Program-made: the position numbers and the translations under genes
Notes under the pieces: model-generated
What the model was told of the DNA's origin: nothing
The model's database searches: none
What the model saw: the letters and a program-made list of their open reading frames with translations, nothing else
Part shown: positions 48,596 through 58,743 of the stretch, in pieces
Layout: each line of letters starts with the position of its first letter
Numbering within the stretch: the first letter of the stretch is position 1
Assembly (NCBI GenBank): GCA_045863295.1
Contig: BTWA01000014.1
Location: forward strand, 1-64,000
Direction: 5' to 3'
DNA length: 64,000 nt
Origin: Candidatus Hydrogenedentota bacterium
Lineage (GTDB): Bacteria; Hydrogenedentota; Hydrogenedentia; Hydrogenedentales; SLHB01

Positions 48596-50317
48596 ATGTT
48601 GTTTTCGTATACATATTTCCTCCTCGCCGTCGCCGCACTAGCCGGCCAGCCCATCGTTTTGAAAGCCGATCGACAAGACCCGCGCGCGGGCGAACCATTT
48701 CGAATCACGGTCGAAGTATCAGGAAAGACAGTGAGCGATCTGATTGCTCCCAACGTCGACGGGCTCACCATTGAAGCCAATCCGCAATTGCGCAATGAAG
48801 TCTCAATAGACGTAAACGGAAGTCGCGCGATAACGCTCATGCAAGGCTACGATGTACAAGCGGCACAGCCCGGTTCCTACACCATTTCACCGTTCCGGGC
48901 ACGAGTTGATGGGCAATTTGTGGAAAGCAACGGGTTGGTGATAAACGTTCGCCCGCAACAGGAAACAGCCGGCAACGCTCCCGGCGACCCATTAACCATT
49001 GACGATTTCATGCGGTTCACCGCGGAAGTGGACGCGGAAAGCGCCTACGAAGGCCAAGCCGTCACGTTGACCCTGGCGCTCCGGTGGCCCGACAGCGCGC
49101 AACCCCCTTCCGAACGCCAGTTGGAACTCTCTGATTTTCCCGGTTTCTACACCGTCCAAAGCGACTGGCAAAGCGTGATGTTGCCCGATGTAAGGCTCGA
49201 CGGAAAGACATTTCACGGCAAAGGCTGGACCATGGTGATCTTCCCTACGGCACAAGGCGAACAGGTGATCAAGGAAGCCGCACTCACCGTGGTAGCCATG
49301 ATGCCCATGCCTTTCGGCCGCACACGGCCCGACGTGATTACACTCCGCACTCAGCCCGTGACCGTAAACGTGAAACCGCTTCCAACGCGTCCTCTTGAAT
49401 TCACGGGCTCCGTGGGATCCTTCGAATTGAAAGCGGAGCCGCCCGACCCAAATGCGGTGCAAGGGGTACCTCACACGTTGGCTGTTTGGGTGAGCGGCTC
49501 GGGCAATCCAAACGCGCTCGGTGAACCGGAATTTCCGACGCTCCCTTGGGCCGAAGTGAGAGACGCTGAACAATACAGCCGCCCCAATTCCACGAAGGGG
49601 GGAACCCAAGTGGACCGGCGTTTCACCTATACGCTGATACCGCTGGCCATAGGCGCGCAGGAAATTCCAAGAATTACATACTGCTTCTTTAATCCCACGA
49701 CATCCTCCTACGAAACCGCCGAAGTGGGGCCGTTCACGTTGAATGTGCTGAAAGGATCGGATTCCGAAAGAGTCATCGTGACCAACGAACCGCAGTCAGG
49801 TACGACGCAACCCGAAGTAGACGGCCTGACCGGTATCTTGGGAGGTGCCGAAGTCGCGCTGACGCGGAAGTACGGTATACAGGAATTGGCGCGTATGGCC
49901 TGCATCGCCATTGCTCCCATGAGTTGCGCCGCGGCCCTGCTTCTCTCGCGGTCTCGCAGGCGTCCAATAAAGGGTGGCCGGAAAGTGGCGATTCAAAGAG
50001 CACATCAACTGCTGCGCCAAACCGAGTCATCGCGCGATCCCGTGCAGGGTATCTACCGCGCCATTCTCGTCTACGTGTCACAACGATGGACACTTTTGGG
50101 AAAAGGCCTGACGTCAATCGAGGTAGAACAAACCCTTCGTGAGCGGGAAGTACCAATTGACATCACGTCCGCGCTGATACGGATACTCAAGACGTGCGAA
50201 CATGCGCGATACGCGGGGCGGGAATTGTCCGGAGAGGAAGTGGATGCATTGCGGCATGCCGCCGCAGCCTTGCTGGATCAGCTCGATAAACTCGCGAAGG
50301 ATGACACTCAACCATGA
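48596..50317 (+). CDS. batD: BatD family protein
   Basis: Ig-like repeats, AYEGQAV, VKPLP..FTGSVGSF, GSGN, FFNP, C-terminal CEHARYA. Confidence 0.85.
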   Translation: MLFSYTYFLLAVAALAGQPIVLKADRQDPRAGEPFRITVEVSGKTVSDLIAPNVDGLTIEANPQLRNEVSIDVNGSRAITLMQGYDVQAAQPGSYTISPFRARVDGQFVESNGLVINVRPQQETAGNAPGDPLTIDDFMRFTAEVDAESAYEGQAVTLTLALRWPDSAQPPSERQLELSDFPGFYTVQSDWQSVMLPDVRLDGKTFHGKGWTMVIFPTAQGEQVIKEAALTVVAMMPMPFGRTRPDVITLRTQPVTVNVKPLPTRPLEFTGSVGSFELKAEPPDPNAVQGVPHTLAVWVSGSGNPNALGEPEFPTLPWAEVRDAEQYSRPNSTKGGTQVDRRFTYTLIPLAIGAQEIPRITYCFFNPTTSSYETAEVGPFTLNVLKGSDSERVIVTNEPQSGTTQPEVDGLTGILGGAEVALTRKYGIQELARMACIAIAPMSCAAALLLSRSRRRPIKGGRKVAIQRAHQLLRQTESSRDPVQGIYRAILVYVSQRWTLLGKGLTSIEVEQTLREREVPIDITSALIRILKTCEHARYAGRELSGEEVDALRHAAAALLDQLDKLAKDDTQP

Positions 50318-51087
50318 TCATCCATTCGCTGATAACTGCTTTCTCTCTAATGGCCGCCATGCCGGAACAGGCTCTGGTTGATGCGGGAAATGATGCCTAC
50401 GCAAAAGGCGACTACATCCTCGCCATCTCTCACTACGAACGGGTAATAGCCGACGGTTCGTTTGGCGCCGGCCTCTATCTCAATTTGGGCAACGCGTATT
50501 TTCAGGCAGGGTTTCCCGGTATCGCAATGGCCCAATACCAAAGGGCATTGCATGTACAGCCAGGATTGGAGGAAGCGGCACATAACCTCGCCTTTGTACG
50601 CGCAAAAGTACCCGGCGCGCGAGCGCAACCTTTTCTTCCCACGTGGAGGCAACTCGCGGCGCGCTGCCGCCTGGGTATGGATCACATGCTGCTCTCGTGG
50701 ACGGCGGTTCTGGTCTGGCTCATTTTCTGGGTAAGCTTGGCGCGCAGTATCCAGAGAACTTCGCGCACTTGGATAGGGTTGACATTGCTAAGTGCAATGC
50801 TGACAGCCGTTTTCGGGCTGGCCTACATCGATTTTCGGTGGCCCGCTACGGTGGCTGTGGTTGCCGCCGACCCGATTCCGGTACGATATACGACCGACGA
50901 GTCAGAGACAGTGCAATTCGAGTTGCGTGAAGGCGATTCGGTGCTCATTGATTCTTGGCGAGGACCGTGGGTGCGTGTCAAAACGGCCTCCGGGGATCGG
51001 GGCTGGGCATTGACCGAACATTTCGCAATTGTAGGCTCTCCCTATGGTGTGTACCGCTCGGGAATTGAATCAGGGGATATGGAGTGA
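50314..51087 (+). CDS. batE: BatE-like TPR plus SH3 protein
   Basis: GNDAYAKGDY, YLNLGNAYF, HNL, two TMs, LREGDSV..WVRV...GDRGW. Confidence 0.85.
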   Translation: MIIHSLITAFSLMAAMPEQALVDAGNDAYAKGDYILAISHYERVIADGSFGAGLYLNLGNAYFQAGFPGIAMAQYQRALHVQPGLEEAAHNLAFVRAKVPGARAQPFLPTWRQLAARCRLGMDHMLLSWTAVLVWLIFWVSLARSIQRTSRTWIGLTLLSAMLTAVFGLAYIDFRWPATVAVVAADPIPVRYTTDESETVQFELREGDSVLIDSWRGPWVRVKTASGDRGWALTEHFAIVGSPYGVYRSGIESGDME

Positions 51088-53777
51088 GTCAGGCTTTTTT
51101 GGAACTTGTTGAAACGGCCAAGGATGCCAGTCGCCCGGTCAAGTTGGATCGAACCAATTGCGTTCAGGCCACCCGCCAATTCGCCGCCTCCCGATGGCAG
51201 GAAGTCCAAGCCCGCCACAATGCAGGGGAATCGGGAGCCAATGTCGTCCGGCTGCTCTCCGATGCGGCCGACGAAATCGTGAGGGGCGTATTGCATCTCG
51301 CACTCACCAACGTGCCGCAGGGGCGCAGCCTTTTGGGACACATTGCGTTGTGCGCTTTGGGTGGCTACGGTCGCGGCGAGTTAAGCCCGCACAGCGATTT
51401 GGACGTGTGCCTGGTGTACGAAGGAAAACTGGACGACCGCCTTAAAGATCTAAATCAACAATTGATCACCCTCCTGTGGGATTCCGGATTCTCGGTGGGC
51501 TATACCATTCACAAAATAAGCGAAGCACGGGATCTGGCCAAAGAAGACCTGACCATATTTACTCGGTTTCTGCAAAGCCGCCTGATTGCCGGTGACAACA
51601 CCGTGTTTGCCCGCCTGAAATTGACCATCAACGAATTGCGCACCCGCGCATTCACCGAATACTTTCTGGAACGAAAAGTACGCGAGCGATACGACGGCCT
51701 CGAGGAAGCCTATACCGACTTGTACGCGCCTGAACCGCACATCAAGGAAAGTGCCGGCGGACTTCGCGATGCCCACACCGCGTTGTGGCTTCTCATGATG
51801 GCCTACGACGTACACACCTTCGACGACGTCATCAGCCAGGGACTCATTACCGCCGAAGAACACCTTAAGTTCATGGAAGGCACGGATTTTATATGGCGTA
51901 TTCGAAATTCGCTCCATTTTCAGCTCGGTAGGGAAGAGGACCGGCTCACCTACGCCAATCAGCGCCACATGGCCGTTGCCATGGGCTACGATGACACCCA
52001 GGGTATCCCCAAGTTCATGTCCGACTACTACGGCGCGGCGCGCCAATTGCGCCACATGCTCGGAATTGCCGCCCGCATCTGCAACTTCACGCCTATCACC
52101 GTCGTGCGCGACGCGACGTCCGCGCCACCCAAGGATATCTACGTCTCGAACGGGGAACTATTCGCCGGCGTGCATGACGAAAACTGGTTTGTGCACAACC
52201 CCGTGCGCCTGATGGAAATATTCTGGCGATGCGCGCGCGACGTAGTGCGGCTCAGCCGGCACACGGAAAAACTGGTTAAACAAAACCTGCACCTTGTAAC
52301 CGAATCGTTCCAGTCCAGCTACGTCGTGCATCGGTATTTCAATGCCATCTGCAACCGGCCGCTCCAAGCCGGCTTCGCCATGCGGCAAATGGCTACCGTA
52401 GGGTTTCTCGGACAGTACATTCCAGAGTTTCGCGCCATTAAGGACATTATCCGCTACAAGGATTTTCACCACTATCCCGTGGATGAACACACGCTACGCG
52501 CGCTGGAATCCCTCGAGAAACTGCCGTCCATGGAAGGTGCCGTGGGTCGATGCCTGCGAGAAGCTTTGGAGAATCTCACGGACCCCTACATCTTGGTGTT
52601 GGCCATCCTGTTCCACGACGTCGGAAAAGCCGAAGGCGAAGTACATACCGATGAAAGTGTCGTACGCGTGCATCAGTTCGCCCGCCGTGTGGGATTGTCG
52701 GAAGACGACGAAGAACGCGTCGCATTTCTGGTTCAGCACCACTCCCTGATGACATTCATAAGTCAGTACAGGGACATCGACGACGAAGACATCGTGCAGA
52801 ACTTTGTTAATGTGATTAAAACAGAGCAACGGCTCCGGGCATTGTTTGTACTGTCGTATGCTGACTTGTCCGCCGTCGGGCCCGGTGTTTGGACGGAATG
52901 GAAAGGCGCCCTGTTACTCCAACTCTACCTGCGATCAAGTAAACGTCTGTTGGGGCGGGTGGAAACCGCAGAGGAAGACTTTTGGAATTCACCCAAGGCC
53001 ACGGCGGTTGTGGAGGCGGTGGACCCCTCATTGCGGAGCGAAGTGGAATTGCATTTGCGCGCCTTGGGACCCCGCTATTTTGTCGCCTTTCAGCCGGCGC
53101 AAATCGCGGAGCACATTCGGTGCACTATCCAGGCCAAGAGTCAGGGCTTGGCCCTGCGCAGTACTGAAAATACTACGACCGGATTGAGCGAAGTCGTTGT
53201 ATGTACCCGCGATAGGCAGGGACTGTTCGCCCAGTTGGCAGGCTGCTTTGCCTCCCAACTAATGGATATCAATAGCGCGGCACTGTTTACGCGGGACGAT
53301 GGCTGGGTTGTGGATTGTTTCACGCTGGCGGATGCCCGGACCCGAAAGCCGTTGACCAAGCTCCAAATTGGACAGTTGGAACGCGTGCTGCACGATGTTC
53401 TCATTGACAATAATGATGTCCAGGCCCATGTCGACAAGTCGCGCAAGCGCTTGTTCGCATTGTTGCAGCCACGAGTGCCGGTGCCGACCCGGGTCGAATT
53501 CGACAATCACTCGTCCAAAATGCACACTGTTATCGACATTGAAACCGGCGATCGGACCGGACTGCTGTATGATATCACCCGTGCCATGTTCAACGAAGGA
53601 TTGGACATTGCCCAGGCCCGCATCGTGACCGATGCGCGGCGCATTCGAGATTCGTTCTACGTAACGTTGAATGGCGAAAAGGTCGAGGAGGAAGAATCCC
53701 TCGCAGCGATTCAAGAAGGCTTGCACAACGCGATTCACCCACGCGCAGCCGTGGAGACCAAAGGAGAAGTGGAATGA
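51084..53777 (+). CDS. glnD: [Protein-PII] uridylyltransferase/uridylyl-removing enzyme
   Basis: ALGGYGRGELSPHSDLD, IKESAGGLRD, HHYPVDEH, LFHDVGK, two ACT domains (DRQGLF, DRTGLL). Confidence 0.95.
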   Translation: MSQAFLELVETAKDASRPVKLDRTNCVQATRQFAASRWQEVQARHNAGESGANVVRLLSDAADEIVRGVLHLALTNVPQGRSLLGHIALCALGGYGRGELSPHSDLDVCLVYEGKLDDRLKDLNQQLITLLWDSGFSVGYTIHKISEARDLAKEDLTIFTRFLQSRLIAGDNTVFARLKLTINELRTRAFTEYFLERKVRERYDGLEEAYTDLYAPEPHIKESAGGLRDAHTALWLLMMAYDVHTFDDVISQGLITAEEHLKFMEGTDFIWRIRNSLHFQLGREEDRLTYANQRHMAVAMGYDDTQGIPKFMSDYYGAARQLRHMLGIAARICNFTPITVVRDATSAPPKDIYVSNGELFAGVHDENWFVHNPVRLMEIFWRCARDVVRLSRHTEKLVKQNLHLVTESFQSSYVVHRYFNAICNRPLQAGFAMRQMATVGFLGQYIPEFRAIKDIIRYKDFHHYPVDEHTLRALESLEKLPSMEGAVGRCLREALENLTDPYILVLAILFHDVGKAEGEVHTDESVVRVHQFARRVGLSEDDEERVAFLVQHHSLMTFISQYRDIDDEDIVQNFVNVIKTEQRLRALFVLSYADLSAVGPGVWTEWKGALLLQLYLRSSKRLLGRVETAEEDFWNSPKATAVVEAVDPSLRSEVELHLRALGPRYFVAFQPAQIAEHIRCTIQAKSQGLALRSTENTTTGLSEVVVCTRDRQGLFAQLAGCFASQLMDINSAALFTRDDGWVVDCFTLADARTRKPLTKLQIGQLERVLHDVLIDNNDVQAHVDKSRKRLFALLQPRVPVPTRVEFDNHSSKMHTVIDIETGDRTGLLYDITRAMFNEGLDIAQARIVTDARRIRDSFYVTLNGEKVEEEESLAAIQEGLHNAIHPRAAVETKGEVE

Positions 53778-55228
53778 TCGGACGCAGAATCCCATTGGGG
53801 ATTGGCATGGCAGCGATTCTCGCCGTCGTGCCGGCTTTTGCCGCAACCCCCCTGCTGAAAGAAATAGAAGCCGCATTCGTCCGTATCGGTGAGGATGTAA
53901 GGCCATCGGTCGTGAATATCGACGTCGAAACCACCTCAGACGGCGAAGCCGCGGCAAACAGGCAGCAGGAGTTCGAAGACCTGTTCCGTCATTTCGGCTT
54001 GGAAGCCCCCGAAGGCCCAATGATTCCAGAGCCCGGCTCCGCATCCGGGTCCGGCTTTATCTATGACACCTCGGGGCACATCATCACGAACGACCACGTA
54101 GTGCGCGATGCAAGCGTGATCAAGGTTCGCCTGTGGAATGGCGAAGTGTTCGACGCGAAGCGAGTGGGCACAGACCCGGATACCGATGTCGCTGTCATAA
54201 AAATTGAACCAAACGGAACGGAGTTGCGGCCCGCGATCATTGGCGATTCCAACAGCCTCCACATTGGACAGTTCGCTATCGCCATCGGCAGCCCCCGCGG
54301 ATTGGAAGGCTCTTTCTCTTTTGGCCACGTGACTGGACTGAGCAGGCAGGGACTCCAACTGCCTGAAAACCTCCGCTTTCAAGATTTCATCCAAACCGAC
54401 GCCGCCATCAATCTCGGCAATAGCGGCGGCCCGTTGTGCGACATCGACGGCAGGGTGATCGGCATCAACACGGCCATCGTATACGGCGCTGACTCGCTGG
54501 GGTTTGCCGTGCCAATCAATATGGCGAAAGACGTAATTCCATCGTTGATCGCAAACGGAAAAGTATCGCGTGGGTTCTTGGGCGTCAACATGTCCGATGT
54601 CGAACAGGCCGTTCAACGTCCGGAAAACGTAAGCCTGGAAGATGTGCTTGAGGCATTGAAGCTACCGGATAAAAATGGCGCGTATGTTCAAGAGGTCATT
54701 CCCGAGTCTCCAGCGGCAAAGGCCGACATCCAACAGGACGACATCATTCGCAAAGTAAACGATCAGTCCGTTGCAGGTGCAGCCGACCTGCAGAAGAAGA
54801 TTGCGGCGATCCCGCCCGGCACCGCCACCCGTATCGAAGTGTGGCGAAACGGCGCGCCACTGCAGTTGGAAGTAAAACTCGAAGAGTATGCCGGAAACGT
54901 GCGACTGGCCCGGGCGGGAAAACCCGTTCTAGGTATGCGATTCCAGGAACTCTCGCAGGAAATGGCAAAACGCGTGGGATTGGAAGAAGGCGAGACAGGC
55001 CTTCTCGTGATTGATGTCGAAGAAGGGTCGCCAGCAGCCACAGGTGAAATAACCGCAGGCGACATTATTACGAAAATCTCCGATCAGGCTGTCACCACCG
55101 TGGAACAATTCCGCAAACAGGTGAACGAGTTGGGCGAACCCGGTAAGTCCCTCTTCCTGCGCGTCACCCGGGCCGGCGGCCGTTCCGTTCCCAAAGTCAT
55201 TCTGATGCCGGAGGCACAGAGCGAATAA
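53774..55228 (+). CDS. degP: HtrA/DegP (Do) serine protease with two PDZ domains
   Basis: GSGFI, ITNDHVV, TDVAVIK, IQTDAAINLGNSGGPL, two PDZ domains. Confidence 0.92.
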   Translation: MIGRRIPLGIGMAAILAVVPAFAATPLLKEIEAAFVRIGEDVRPSVVNIDVETTSDGEAAANRQQEFEDLFRHFGLEAPEGPMIPEPGSASGSGFIYDTSGHIITNDHVVRDASVIKVRLWNGEVFDAKRVGTDPDTDVAVIKIEPNGTELRPAIIGDSNSLHIGQFAIAIGSPRGLEGSFSFGHVTGLSRQGLQLPENLRFQDFIQTDAAINLGNSGGPLCDIDGRVIGINTAIVYGADSLGFAVPINMAKDVIPSLIANGKVSRGFLGVNMSDVEQAVQRPENVSLEDVLEALKLPDKNGAYVQEVIPESPAAKADIQQDDIIRKVNDQSVAGAADLQKKIAAIPPGTATRIEVWRNGAPLQLEVKLEEYAGNVRLARAGKPVLGMRFQELSQEMAKRVGLEEGETGLLVIDVEEGSPAATGEITAGDIITKISDQAVTTVEQFRKQVNELGEPGKSLFLRVTRAGGRSVPKVILMPEAQSE

Positions 55229-55243
55229 TCGAAAAATGGGTGT

Positions 55244-55278
55244 TGCCGTCGGCCAGTTGTATGGTCGGGCCGACGGCA
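55244..55278. terminator. Stem-loop after degP (possible terminator or stabiliser)
   Basis: 11-bp inverted repeat TGCCGTCGGCC / GGCCGACGGCA; no + strand U-tract. Confidence 0.4.
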
Positions 55279-55307
55279 CATTACCCAACTACGGATAGGC
55301 GCGAAAC

Positions 55308-55775
55308 ATGGGTGAATCTGCAGCCCCAGCCGTAGCCGAACGCGAGTCCGTTGCCAGAACGACAGGGCAGACCCGTCTGATAGCCTGCTTGATGTCGTTG
55401 GCGTTCCTTTCCGTTATTGCCCTATCGATGTGGCTCACCCCGGACAAACGCGGTTACGGCACCCACGAACAGCTGGGAATGCCCCCTTGCGGCATGATGT
55501 ACTGGCTCGGGGTCCCCTGCCCCATGTGCGGAATGACTACAGCCTTTACCTTCATGGCCCACGGAGAGATCTCGAACGCCTCTCAGACCCAACCTGCCGG
55601 AGCAGTGGGGTTCGTCGCCTGTTGCCTGTTGGCGGTCGCAGCCGCGGCCTGCGTGATCCGCCCTTCGTGGTTTTCGTATATTTTTGAAGGGCAAGCGGCT
55701 GCTTGGATGTTCCGATTTGGACTGGTTGTGGTAATGCTGGCATGGACATACAAGATCATGTATCATTTCAAGTAG
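55308..55775 (+). CDS. DUF2752 membrane protein
   Basis: GTHEQLGMPPC....GVPCPMCGMTTAF. Confidence 0.88.
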   Translation: MGESAAPAVAERESVARTTGQTRLIACLMSLAFLSVIALSMWLTPDKRGYGTHEQLGMPPCGMMYWLGVPCPMCGMTTAFTFMAHGEISNASQTQPAGAVGFVACCLLAVAAAACVIRPSWFSYIFEGQAAAWMFRFGLVVVMLAWTYKIMYHFK

Positions 55776-56022
55776 CAGGGCCTTGAACCCCCCTCAAGTA
55801 CTGCCGTAAAATATTGACATGAAGTTGGGCCCGTAACGTATACATAGTTGTTGGCTTGCAGTTTGTAACGTCATACTAACGTATCTACGAGGGGGCCCGG
55901 GGAAGGGAAGCTTCCCGGTGAGTCGTGATTGTGCGTCGTGTGCCTACTCCCCAACGGCCATTGAATCGCCACCTCAGTAACGGCTAGGATTTCGAGGTTT
56001 TAGCAGCGTGGGTGAACATCCG

Positions 56023-57339
56023 ATGTCGAAACAGTTTGAGCCCTTCCTGATTCTCGTCGCCGATGACGACACAATGGTCGCCGATGCCCTATCCATCGAA
56101 CTGCGAAACCGGTTTGGTTGCGCCGTGGATAAGGCGTACGACGGCCACCAAGTGCAAAGCGCACTGCTGACAAAATCATACGACCTGCTCATCACCGATA
56201 TGCTCATGCCAGGGCTCCACGGCATCGACCTCGTTTCCCTCGTCCGCCGCGAATACCCTACGGTCGATATCCTCGTTACCACCGCCTATCCCGCCGAGTT
56301 TCCATACGTCGAAGTGATTCACGCCGGCGCCTCCGACTTCATCATAAAGCCGCTGAATATGGAAGAATTCTCCGCAAAAGTCTTGCGTATGTTAAAGGAA
56401 AGGGTTACCCGGGCGGCCTTGTCGCGCGAAAGAGCCCGTATTCTCGCCGACATGGAGTCCATGCAGGAGCTACGAACGGCCCACAAGCTGGCCGAAGCCA
56501 AATATCGCGGATTGTTTGAATTGTCCATGAATGGCATGGTGATTACAGACCCCTCGACATTTACAATCCGCGAAGTGAATCAGTCTTTTCTGCAACTCGC
56601 AGGATTGTCCAAGGACCAATTGGTGGAATCGCCCTTTTTCCGGTTGGTAGACGAAACCAGCCGAAAGCGCCTCGAACAAGGCCTCGCAATTATTTCCGAG
56701 CGAGGGCAGGGCACCTTGTCAGATATCCAGTTGCATCAGTCAAATGGACATAAAATCTTCGTCGATATGAGCGTGAATTTTATCCATATCGATGGCGAAC
56801 ATTTCGTCCAGATTACATGCAAAGACGTCACCGTACAGCGCGAATTGCAGTTGCAACTCGAACGAATCGCGCAAACCGATTCGCTGACCGGGTTGCTGAA
56901 CAAAAACATGTTCCATCCCCGAATCGAAAACGCCGTCAGCAAGGCCATCAAGAATTCAGAACCGCTCACCCTGCTCCTGTTGGATTTGGACAACTTCAAA
57001 CAATGCAATGATACCTACGGCCACCAAACCGGCGACTCGCTCTTGTCGGAAATGGGGGAGTTGATACGGCGGCAGGTCCGCGGAAATGTGGACGAGGCCT
57101 ACCGTATCGGAGGCGACGAGTTCGCGATACTGCTGATCAAAGCCGGTTCGGAAATCGGCATGAGAGTAGGGGAGCGCATTCGAAAAAACTTCATGGATTC
57201 AAACCGCTACGGCACCTCTCTCAGCATCGGCATCTGCGAACTTCAGAACGGTATGGATGCAGCCAACTTCATCAAGTCGGCGGATCGTGCCCTCTATGAT
57301 GCAAAGTCCGCCGGCAAAAACACGATTCGGATGCTGTAA
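56023..57339 (+). CDS. REC-PAS-GGDEF diguanylate cyclase
   Basis: ILVADDD..ITDMLMP, PAS, DSLTGLLN, DLDNFK..ND.YGH, RIGGDEF, ADRALY.AK; alternative GTG start at 56008. Confidence 0.93.
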   Translation: MSKQFEPFLILVADDDTMVADALSIELRNRFGCAVDKAYDGHQVQSALLTKSYDLLITDMLMPGLHGIDLVSLVRREYPTVDILVTTAYPAEFPYVEVIHAGASDFIIKPLNMEEFSAKVLRMLKERVTRAALSRERARILADMESMQELRTAHKLAEAKYRGLFELSMNGMVITDPSTFTIREVNQSFLQLAGLSKDQLVESPFFRLVDETSRKRLEQGLAIISERGQGTLSDIQLHQSNGHKIFVDMSVNFIHIDGEHFVQITCKDVTVQRELQLQLERIAQTDSLTGLLNKNMFHPRIENAVSKAIKNSEPLTLLLLDLDNFKQCNDTYGHQTGDSLLSEMGELIRRQVRGNVDEAYRIGGDEFAILLIKAGSEIGMRVGERIRKNFMDSNRYGTSLSIGICELQNGMDAANFIKSADRALYDAKSAGKNTIRML

Positions 57340-57391
57340 AAACCGGATACGCAACGTTCCTTCGTCGAACATGTCCAAAACGTTGCAGCCA

Positions 57392-57596
57392 TATCCCGGA
57401 TATTTCACGGCTTCGTTCAACTAACTGTGTAACAACAATTCAACTGGCCTGTTGCCAAACTGGCGCACTTACAGTGTGCACGTGATATATCCTCAGCGTT
57501 TCAAGCTTTAGGTATTCTGTGTGAGCATTTTGCACCACGGAGACTGTACTTCAGTCTTCTACGCACGATTTAAGCGTGGTGCAAAATGCGGGCTAT
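57392..57596. repeat. Dispersed intergenic element, copy B (MITE/REP-like, with inverted repeats)
   Basis: Perfect 15-bp IR GCATTTTGCACCACG (57525-57539) / CGTGGTGCAAAATGC (57575-57589) enclosing an AGACTG/CAGTCT hairpin; imperfect terminal IRs; homologous to 41074-41256. Confidence 0.78.
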
Positions 57597-57649
57597 CCCC
57601 AAGCCCAGATCCCGATCCGCGTTGAAAACCGACTAGAAAGGAGAGTGAT

Positions 57650-58546
57650 GTGCCGGTAGTGCTCGAGGCCGTTCTACCGGTATTCATCGCCGCGGCGGTA
57701 GGGTTCGCCATTCGAAAGCGCGTTTCGATCGATGTAAAGACGCTCTCGGTACTTAATATCTACGTATTCATCCCCTCGCTCGTATTCGCCAATTTATCGC
57801 GTCAACCCATAACCTGGGAACTATTTGGAAAGATTGCGGTCGGCGCGGCGGCCATTACGGGATTACTTACTATTGCCCACACCGCCGTGGCCCGGCTGCG
57901 TCACATGACTCCCGCCATGACCAGTGCGTTCATGCTCACCATGTTCCCCAACCTCGGCAATTTCGGACTCCCCGTCTGCAAATTCGCCTTTGGCGATTCC
58001 GGTCTGGCGATTGCCGTGGTGGTCATGGTTTGCGGCAGCTTCCTCCAAAACAGCCTCGGCGTATTCTTCGCCGTACGAAGCCGACATGGCCGAAGCAACT
58101 CACTCCTGCAAGTTCTTGCATTTCCGATGGTCTATGCATTCGTCGCGGCATTGCTCGTTCAACGTTCAGGAGTGCCAGTTCCCGACATTCTCATCCGCCC
58201 CATCGACTTGCTGGCAGACGCGGCAATCCCTGTTCAACTCGTCCTGCTGGGAGCAAAAGTCGCCGAGACACGCCTGTTTATGAACACGAACATGGCCCTG
58301 GCCTGCAGCCTGCGCCTGATAGTCTCCCCCCTGATCGCCATAATCCTGACCCATTTCATCGGGCTGGAAAACCTCGCGGCAAGCGTATTCATCGTCCAAA
58401 TGAGCGGACCCATCGCCGTGGGCATGGCCGTCTACGGCGTCCAGTTCGACGTCGAACCCGGCTTCCTGGCCTCCGCCGTTTCCTGGTCGTTTCTCTTCAG
58501 TCTGCTCACGGTCAGCGTTATACTTTTCATACTAATGCGCGTCTGA
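57650..58546 (+). CDS. AEC (auxin efflux carrier) family transporter
   Basis: About 10 TMs; VFIPSLVF, FPNLGNFGLP, AAIPVQLVLLG, RLIVSP; AAGGAG RBS. Confidence 0.9.
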   Translation: MPVVLEAVLPVFIAAAVGFAIRKRVSIDVKTLSVLNIYVFIPSLVFANLSRQPITWELFGKIAVGAAAITGLLTIAHTAVARLRHMTPAMTSAFMLTMFPNLGNFGLPVCKFAFGDSGLAIAVVVMVCGSFLQNSLGVFFAVRSRHGRSNSLLQVLAFPMVYAFVAALLVQRSGVPVPDILIRPIDLLADAAIPVQLVLLGAKVAETRLFMNTNMALACSLRLIVSPLIAIILTHFIGLENLAASVFIVQMSGPIAVGMAVYGVQFDVEPGFLASAVSWSFLFSLLTVSVILFILMRV

Positions 58547-58727
58547 CGGCAATCCTATCAAAGCCTAATTCGGGCACTGTCCTGTCATTGACCATCAGTT
58601 GGACACTATCTGTCCGGTTTTGATACGGTTGCCTCCAGTTCCGTAAAGTCAGCCTTGGGAATTTCTCTTGTTTGTGGCTAATTAACTCCTTGTGTCGCAA
58701 TGTTTTCGGACTTTCGAACCACTTTGA

Positions 58728-58743
58728 TGGCACATGAGTTGCT
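58728..58743 (+). promoter_or_regulatory. Sigma54 (-24/-12) promoter
   Basis: TGGCACATGAGTTGCT matches TGGCAC-N5-TTGCW, 72 nt before the TTG at 58816; IHF-like site at 58683-58695. Confidence 0.75.

Noticed and set aside
55814..55844. TTGACA promoter upstream of the GGDEF gene
   Set aside because: The best -10 (TATACA) is at 19-nt spacing; not convincing.
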